46,752 bases of DNA from Macrostomum lignano (Eukaryota): the NCBI GenBank assembly GCA_002269645.1, contig NIVC01001864.1, positions 1 to 46,752 on the forward strand. The letters are read 5' to 3'. Shown here one piece after another: positions 40,401-46,752 of this stretch. The notes beneath the pieces are model-generated. The model was given only the letters and a program-made list of their open reading frames with translations, was not told where the DNA came from and ran no database searches. Each line of letters opens with the position of its first letter. The stretch's first letter is position 1. The position numbers were made by a program, and so were the translations under genes.

Positions 40401-43400
40401 CAATCCAAGCCACTCTATTCCAATCCAAGCCACTGCATTCCAATCCAAGCCACTGCATTCCAATCTAAGCCACTCCATTCCAATCCAAGCCACTGCATTC
40501 CAATCTAAGCCACTCCATTCCAATCCAAGCCACTGCATTCCAATCGATCTAAGCCACTCCATTCCAATCGATCCAAGCTACTCCATTCCAATCGATCCAA
40601 GCCACTCCATTCCAATCGATCTAAGCCACTCCATTCCAATCGATCCAAGCCACTCCATTCCAATCGATCCAAGCCACTCCATTCCAATCCAAGCCACTGC
40701 ATTCCAATTGATCCAAGCCACTCCATTTCAATCTAATCCACTCCATTTCAATCTAAGCCACGCCATTCCAATCCAAGCCACTCCATTCCAATCCAAGCCA
40801 CTCCATTCCAATCCAAGCCACTCCATTCCAATCTAAGCCACTCCATTCCAATCGATCCAAGCCACTCCATTCCAATCCAAGCCACTCCATTCCAATCCAA
40901 GCCACTCCATTTCAATCCAAACCAATTCATTCCAATCTAAGCCACTAAATTCCAATCGAAGTCATGAAATTTCAATCTAAGCCACTTTATGCCAGTCAAA
41001 TCAGCTAAATACTAATCCAAGCCACTGAATTTCATTTCCCAACCCAAGCCAATCAAGCAATAACCCCTGGCTCACTTTTTTCAAATCCACAATCAGACTT
41101 TCCCGTTCGGAGCGCAGTTCACCAATATGCAATTGCAAATGCTTAATATTGTGAAAGTCCCGCTCGCAATGGTTGCACCGAAAATGGCGCCTATCATTGT
41201 GCCGCATAGTCGTGTGCACAGCCAGTGCGCTCTGGCTAACGAACTCTTGGCCGCAGTCTCGGCACTGCTTTGGCTGGTCGGGCTGATGAGCCAGCTGGTG
41301 ATTTTTCAACGCCAGCTCAGATAGGAAGGCCTTGCCGCACAGTTCGCACGAGTGCCTCTCCTGGTGATGCTCAGTGCGCACGTGCAATTGCAATTGTTTA
41401 GCTTTGTAGAAGCTGCGCTGGCATTTAGCGCAGCCGTAGTAAGCGTCTAGGCTAATCTGCGAAAGGTAAAATTAAGGGAGCAAAGGCCGTCAGTTGAAGC
41501 AGTTCTTTAAGACTACTCGAGGTATAGATACACTATATATCTGCGCAGGCAGATTCAGGGAGAGAAAGCGGAGAGGCAGATTCAGGGACAGAAAGCGGAG
41601 AGGCAGATTCAGGGACAGAAAGCGGAGAGGCAGATTCAGGGACAGAAAGCGGAGAGGCAGATTCAGGGACAGAAAGCGGAGAGGCAGATTCAGGGACAGA
41701 AAGCGGAGAGGCAGATTCAGGGACAGAAAGCGGAGAGGCAGATTTAGGGAGAGAAAGCGGAGAGGCAGATTCAGGGACAGTAAGCGGAGAGGCAGATTCA
41801 GGGAGAGAAAGCGGAGAGGCAGATTCAGGGACAGTAAGCGGAGAGGCAGATTCAGGGAGAGAAAGCGGAGAGGCAGATTCAGGGACAGTAAGCGGAGAGG
41901 CAGATTCAGGGAGAGAAAGCGGAGAGGCAGATTCAGGGACAGTAAGCGGAGAGGCAGATTCAGGGACAGAAAGCGGAGAGGCAGATTCAGGGACAGAAAG
42001 CGGAGAGGCAGATTCAGGGACAGAAAGCGGAGAGGCAGATTCAGGGACAGAAAGCGGAGAGGCAGATTCAGGGACAGTAAGCGGAGAGGCAGATTCAGGG
42101 ACAGAAAGCGGAGAGGCAGATTCAGGGAGAGAAAGCGGAGAGGCAGATTCAGGGAGAGAAAGCGGAGAGGCAGATTCAGGGACAGAAAGCGGAGAGGCAG
42201 ATTCAGGGACAGAAAGCGGAGAGGCAGATTCAGAGAGAGAAAGCGGAGAGGCAGATTCAGGGAGAGAAAGCGGAGAGGCAGATTCAGGAGAAGAGAAGCG
42301 GAGAAGCAGATTCAGGGAGAGAAAGCGGAGAGGCAGATTCAGGGACAGTAAGCGGAGAGGCAGATTCAGGGAGAGAAAGCGGAGAGGCAGATTCAGGAGG
42401 AGAAAGCGGAGAGGCAGATTCAGGGACAGAAAGCGGAGAGGCAGATTCAGAAGGAGAAAGCGGAGAGGCAGATTCAGGGACAGAAAGCGGAGAGGCAGAT
42501 TCAGGGACAGAAAGCGGAGAGGCAGATTCAGGGACAGAAAGCGGAGAGGCAGATTCAGGGAGAAAGCGGAGAGGCAAAGAGCAGATTCAGGGACAGTAAG
42601 CGGAGAGGCAGATTCAGGGACAGAAAGCGGAGAGGCAGATTCAGGGACAGAAAGCGGAGAGGCAGATTCAGGGACAGAAAGCGGAGAGGCAGATTCAGGG
42701 ACAGAAAGCGGAGAGGCAGATTCAGGGACAGAAAGCGGAGAGGCAGATTCAGGGAGAGAAAGCGGAGAGGCAGATTCAGGAGAGAAAGCGGAGAGGCAGA
42801 TTCAGGGAGAGAAAGCGGAGAGGCAGATTCAGAGAGAGAAAGCGGAGAGGCAGATTCAGGGACAGTAAGCGAGAGGCAGATTCAGGGAGAGAAAGCGGAG
42901 AGGCAGATTCAGGGACAGTAAGCGAGAGGCAGATTCAGGGAGAGAAAGCGGAGAGGCAGATTCAGGGACAGTAAGCGGAGAGGCAGATTCAGGGAGAGAA
43001 AGCGGAGAGGCAGATTCAGGAGAGAAAGCGGAGAGGCAGATTCAGGGACAGTAAGCGGAGAGGCAGATTCAGGCAGAAAGCGGAGAGGCAGATTCAGGGA
43101 GAGAGACCACAGACGCAGTTTATGCTCACCAGATCGTCACTCTTCGGTATAGGATATTGATTAACAGTTGCCGTGCCATCGCTAGCGTACAAAGCCTCAG
43201 TCAGCTGAGGAAAATCAGCGGCAGACAGTACGCTAGACAGTGGCAAGTTGAGATCCGGTTCAGTAACTGTAGCCGGGTTAGCCGCCCGATTCAATGACAG
43301 AGAGTTATGATTATTAGCTGCGATTGCGTTATCGCCAGACGGAATTCTTCCGAGGCTAGACGAGCCGGACACAGCAGCGGCAGAGGCGGCAGCAGTGGAG

Positions 43401-44897
43401 GTAACGGATTGTACCGGCATAGATGACACCGGCACGGAGGCGGCCGCATCCAAGCTGGGATCGCCCAGATGGGTGGGCACAACAGCATCTAGACTGTCCA
43501 TCCCGGTAAGGCAGTTGTTTAACAGCCGATCGAAATCCTGCTCGATAACAGGGGCCGAGCCGTCCTGCAGATTCGATAGGAACGAAGCATCAGTCGGGCA
43601 CAGGCTGGTCAGCGCGTCCTGCATCATGTCGTCGGTTGGTAGGACAGGAGCCGGGGCCTGCGGTGGGTCCGGGACCAGAGCCAGTGCGTAGCTGGTGCGC
43701 GGCACCGGGTCGCCGCGGCGAGTGTGCGCGATGGAGTGGCGCTTGCACTTGGTTCGGGTGCGGAAGCCCTGCGCGCAGTGCGGATGGTGGAAATTATGCG
43801 GAGTCTGCTGTTGCTGCGGCAGCGGAGATTCGATTAGATATCGCTGCAGATGGGGGTACTAAACTCGAACTATTCCCTATTAAGGTTACCGCACATTTAA
43901 ACTAAGCGGATTATGCCTTTTGATGAATGGAAGTACGTAGGGTATTGCTACCCCATAATTTAGAGCCCGAGTATTGTTAACGCTCCCATCCTTCGGAGAG
44001 TATTGCTGTCAGATCCATCAGTGGGTATTGCTATGCCAGATCCATCAGTGGGTATTGCTATGCCAGATCCATCAGTGGGTATTGCTATGCCAGATCCATC
44101 AGTGGGTATTGCTATGCCAGATCTATCAGTGGATATTGCTATGCCAGATCCATCAGTGGGTATTGTTATGCCAGATCTATCAGTGGATATTGCTATGCCA
44201 GATCCATCAGTGGGTATTTCTATGCCAGATCTATCAGTGGATATTGCTATGCCAGATCCATCAGTGGGTATTTCTATGCCAGATCTATCAGTGGATATTG
44301 CTATGCCAGATCTATCAGTGGGTATTGCTACAGTACCTTGTGGCAGACTTTGCAGAAGAAGCTGACGCCGTCTCCATGCCAGTTGTCAATGTGCCGATTC
44401 AAATTGCTGCGACTTTTAAACGACATATTAGGACAGCGGTCGCACACGTAGGGCCGCTGGCCGCCGTGCACGGCTCGAATGTGCTGCTGCAATACATTCG
44501 AGGTGCTGTACATTCGATGGCACATCTGGCACTTGTGCGGCTTCAAATTCGAATGGCTCATAGCGTGGCGCTGGAGGTGGCCTTTCTTTTTAAAGATTTT
44601 GCCGCAATCTTTGCACCGATGCGGCCGGCTGGGATCCGGGGCGTCGGCTACAACGCCCTGACTGCGGCCGGGAGCGGACGGCACCAGCACCCGCTGGAAC
44701 TGGCTGTCGTAGACAATCTCCAACGGGTCTAAGGCCGGCGCCGGGTCCAGCTGCGGCTCCAGTACGCGCGACACGGTGCGCAGATCCCGGGCCGGATGAG
44801 TGCGCATGTGATATTTCAAATTGCTCTTAGTGATGAAGCGATGGAAGCAGTATTTGCAACTGTAGGGATAGCTCTGCTCGTGGCGTCGCAAGTGCAC
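37450..44897 (-). CDS. Large multi-cluster C2H2 zinc-finger protein (about 16-18 fingers, polyQ/polyA linkers); 5'-partial
   Basis: Exons 44897-44337, 43843-43130, 41456-41123, ~40190-39727 (acceptor uncertain), 39117-37450. Repeated CxxC-x12-HxxxH fingers, e.g. HRCKDCGKIFKKKGHLQRHAMSH and HLCKVCGIRFSQRGNLLRHFRMLH. The 44897 exon begins mid-finger after an AG. Confidence 0.88.
39283..39603. repeat. G-rich 28/29-bp minisatellite (GAGGGCGATTCCACAGGGGGAGGGGTCA)n
   Basis: Seen directly; intronic. Confidence 0.9.
40352..40985. repeat. 20/24-bp minisatellite (ATTCCAATCCAAGCCACTCC)n
   Basis: Seen directly; intronic. Confidence 0.93.
41547..43102. repeat. 27-bp minisatellite (GGCAGATTCAGGGACAGAAAGCGGAGA)n
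   Basis: Seen directly; intronic; source of the RFRDRKRRG ORF. Confidence 0.96.
43990..44330. repeat. 27-bp minisatellite (CCAGATCCATCAGTGGGTATTGCTATG)n
   Basis: Seen directly; begins a few nt into the intron after the 44337 donor. Confidence 0.93.
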
Positions 44898-44904
44898 CTG
44901 TGTA

Positions 44905-45233
44905 TTAGTTAGGTAAGTTAATTACTTAGTCTGCAGGGGCCCGGTGGGCCGTAGCCCAGTGGTCCAGCGAATCTCGGCTTGTCTCTGCTCGTGCAATTAA
45001 CGCCTCTTAAGGCCCAACCCCCCAAGGCAAATTGAAGTGTACATGCCTAACAATAAATAAAGCTAGGGCCGCTGTACACTACTGTGTGAGTGTGTGCCTG
45101 TGCGTACGTATGTACGTATCCGCGCCCTTGTTTGCCTGATCAGTGAAGTAGGGCAACAGCGATATACCACTGAGTAGCACGGAATCGAACCCGGGTTGTT
45201 TAGCGCAGTGAGCTACTCTGCCACCTTGAGCAT
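44905..45233 (-). mobile_element. Probable tRNA-headed SINE-like element
   Basis: B box GGTTCGATTCC (45191-45181), A-box-like TGGCAGAGTAG (45223-45213), and a simple-repeat-like tail TAAGTAATTAACTTACCTAACTAA. The extent of the body is inferred. Confidence 0.45.
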
Positions 45234-45258
45234 CGGTAAATAATAACAAACTTAATTC

Positions 45259-45445
45259 TAATGTAGATCAGGTTGGTTACCAGTGAACTTATTTGTTTGC
45301 GAAGTGTATTAAGTACAAGTGTACTATAACATCGTAAAAGTGCACCGGCCGTAAGCTGAACAAAATTGATTATTATATCTCCTTAAATTTTTAATAAATC
45401 ATACGAAATTTCATTTTAATGATATCCCACATGATCTAAGGAGAA
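45259..45445 (-). ncRNA. Candidate box H/ACA snoRNA, copy 1
   Basis: 5' hairpin closed by TCTCCTTA/TAAGGAGA; H box ATAATA (45376-45371); 3' hairpin with pocket CTTACG / AACCAAC; ACA at 45264-45262, 14 nt from the top of the pocket. Confidence 0.72.
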
Positions 45446-45524
45446 TTTTGGATATTTTATCAAATAAAATATACTTGTTTTAATTACAGTTGATGCTACT
45501 ATGACTGCCAGTAGTAGTATATTA

Positions 45525-45718
45525 ATTTGTTGATCAGGTTGGTTACCAGTGAACTTATTTTATCGCAAATTTAAGTACAAGTGTACTTTAACATCAAAAA
45601 AGTGCACCGGCCGTAAGCTGATCAAGCTGTATTAATATTATCTCCTTAAAGTATTATTAAATCATACATTCGATACCAAATATTTGCATGAATGATATCG
45701 AGTATGAATTAAGGAGAA
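45525..45718 (-). ncRNA. Candidate box H/ACA snoRNA, copy 2
   Basis: TCTCCTTAA/TTAAGGAGA hairpin; ANANNA hinge; 7-bp lower stem TGATCAG/CTGATCA; same pocket; ACA at 45530-45528. Confidence 0.75.
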
Positions 45719-45783
45719 ATAGACACTATCCTACTGAGACTATAAGTAGTCCCGAGTCGGACTATGAGTAAAAATGCTCAATA

Positions 45784-45986
45784 ACCTGTAGGTCAGGTTG
45801 GTTACCAGTGTACTTATTATCCTTGATGAATTAAGTACACGTGTACTTAACCATCGCAATAAAAGTGCACCGGCCGTAAGCTGACCAATTGAACAATAAT
45901 TCATTATAATTTTCTCCGTTGGAAACAAATCAAATCGATGACGCAATTAAAATTATGCCAACGGACATCGATTAGTAAACGGAGAC
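45784..45986 (-). ncRNA. Candidate box H/ACA snoRNA, copy 3
   Basis: TCTCCGTT/AACGGAGA hairpin (compensatory relative to copies 1-2); AAATTA hinge; lower stem GGTCAG/CTGACC (compensatory); same pocket; ACA at 45789-45787. Confidence 0.72.
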
Positions 45987-46251
45987 CTGCTTTAGAAATT
46001 TCTCGTCACTTTTTTAAAAATTGTTGGAAAGATTGATTACCGATGCACTTATAGTTGAAAAAAGTACATCGGCCAGTAATCTAACCATATTATTATACTC
46101 CGCTAAACTAATTAGATATGTAAGCCATGCTTGATCTCAACCAGAAAGCCATTTGGAATATGTGCACTGGCAGATGCAGGCGGCGGAGATATGTCTACTA
46201 CAGTCAGTCTGGGGTCAGTGGTTAAACTCCGAAATTCAGGCATACCACTTA

Positions 46252-46645
46252 GGGGATTCCTGACAGGGATTCCCCTGGAGTGAATTCCTGACTGGGATTC
46301 CCCTGGAGTCCCCTGGGATTCCCCTGGAGTGAATTCCTGACTGGGATTCCCCTGGAGTGAATTCCTGACTGGGATTCCCCTGGAGTGAATTCCTGACTGG
46401 GATTCCTCTGAAGGGATTCCTGACTGGGATTCCCCTGGAGTGAATTCCTGACTGGGATTCCCCTGGAGTGAATTCCTGACTGGGATTCCCCTGGAGGGCA
46501 TTCCGCTGACTGGGATTTCCCTGAAGGGGGATTCCATCAACTGAGATTTCCTTGAGGGCATTACGCTGACTGGATTTCCACTGTCTGGATTCAGCTGACT
46601 GAGATTCCACTAGGGGATTCCCATGGCTGGGATTTCCCTGATGGA
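46252..46645. repeat. 28-bp minisatellite (GGGATTCCCCTGGAGTGAATTCCTGACT)n
   Basis: Seen directly. Confidence 0.9.
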
Positions 46646-46752
46646 ATTCCACCGATTGTTTTTCTACGTTTTCATTCTGAAATCATTAATAACTTTTAAT
46701 TCAAAGTATACATTCGAGCATTACCTTAAGGCTAGCCTGACTAGATAATTTT

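Noticed and set aside
45345-45356. CGGCCGTAAG similarity to bacterial 23S helix 69 and to the 5S rRNA 5' end
   Set aside because: Only a short match, fully explained as the guide/upper-stem strand of the H/ACA-like hairpin.
45259-45986. Tandem hammerhead/retrozyme or other self-cleaving ribozyme interpretation of the three structured units
   Set aside because: The CTGA sites read CUGANCA rather than CUGANGA and are base-paired; no GAAA core; no twister, pistol or HDV consensus found. H/ACA boxes explain the conservation better.

Overview
Eukaryotic genomic DNA with spliceosomal introns. It has GC-rich, Ala/Gln-rich exons, a 35-nt intron and minisatellite-filled introns, and most resembles a free-living flatworm such as Macrostomum (inferred, not verified). 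One + strand gene (5' end outside the window) encodes an EGF/TSP1 single-pass membrane protein. Seven head-to-tail genes lie on the - strand, in transcription order: multi-C2H2 zinc-finger protein (5' end not located), COPS6, BLZF1/golgin-45, AIMP1, LRMDA, an intronless LRR receptor, and an adiponectin receptor (PAQR). About 40% of the window is tandem repeat, and most long ORF-track entries are repeat artefacts. Best leads: (1) three tandem, covarying ~190-nt box H/ACA-like RNAs (45259-45986, - strand) with an invariant guide pocket complementary to a conserved 18S rRNA motif; (2) an LRMDA gene with no genomic start codon, whose first exon begins at a splice acceptor ~220 nt after the AIMP1 stop and would be in frame with a spliced-leader AUG (operon-like); (3) inverted minisatellite arrays flanking AIMP1 exon 2. 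All exon models were read by hand; repeat boundaries are approximate.
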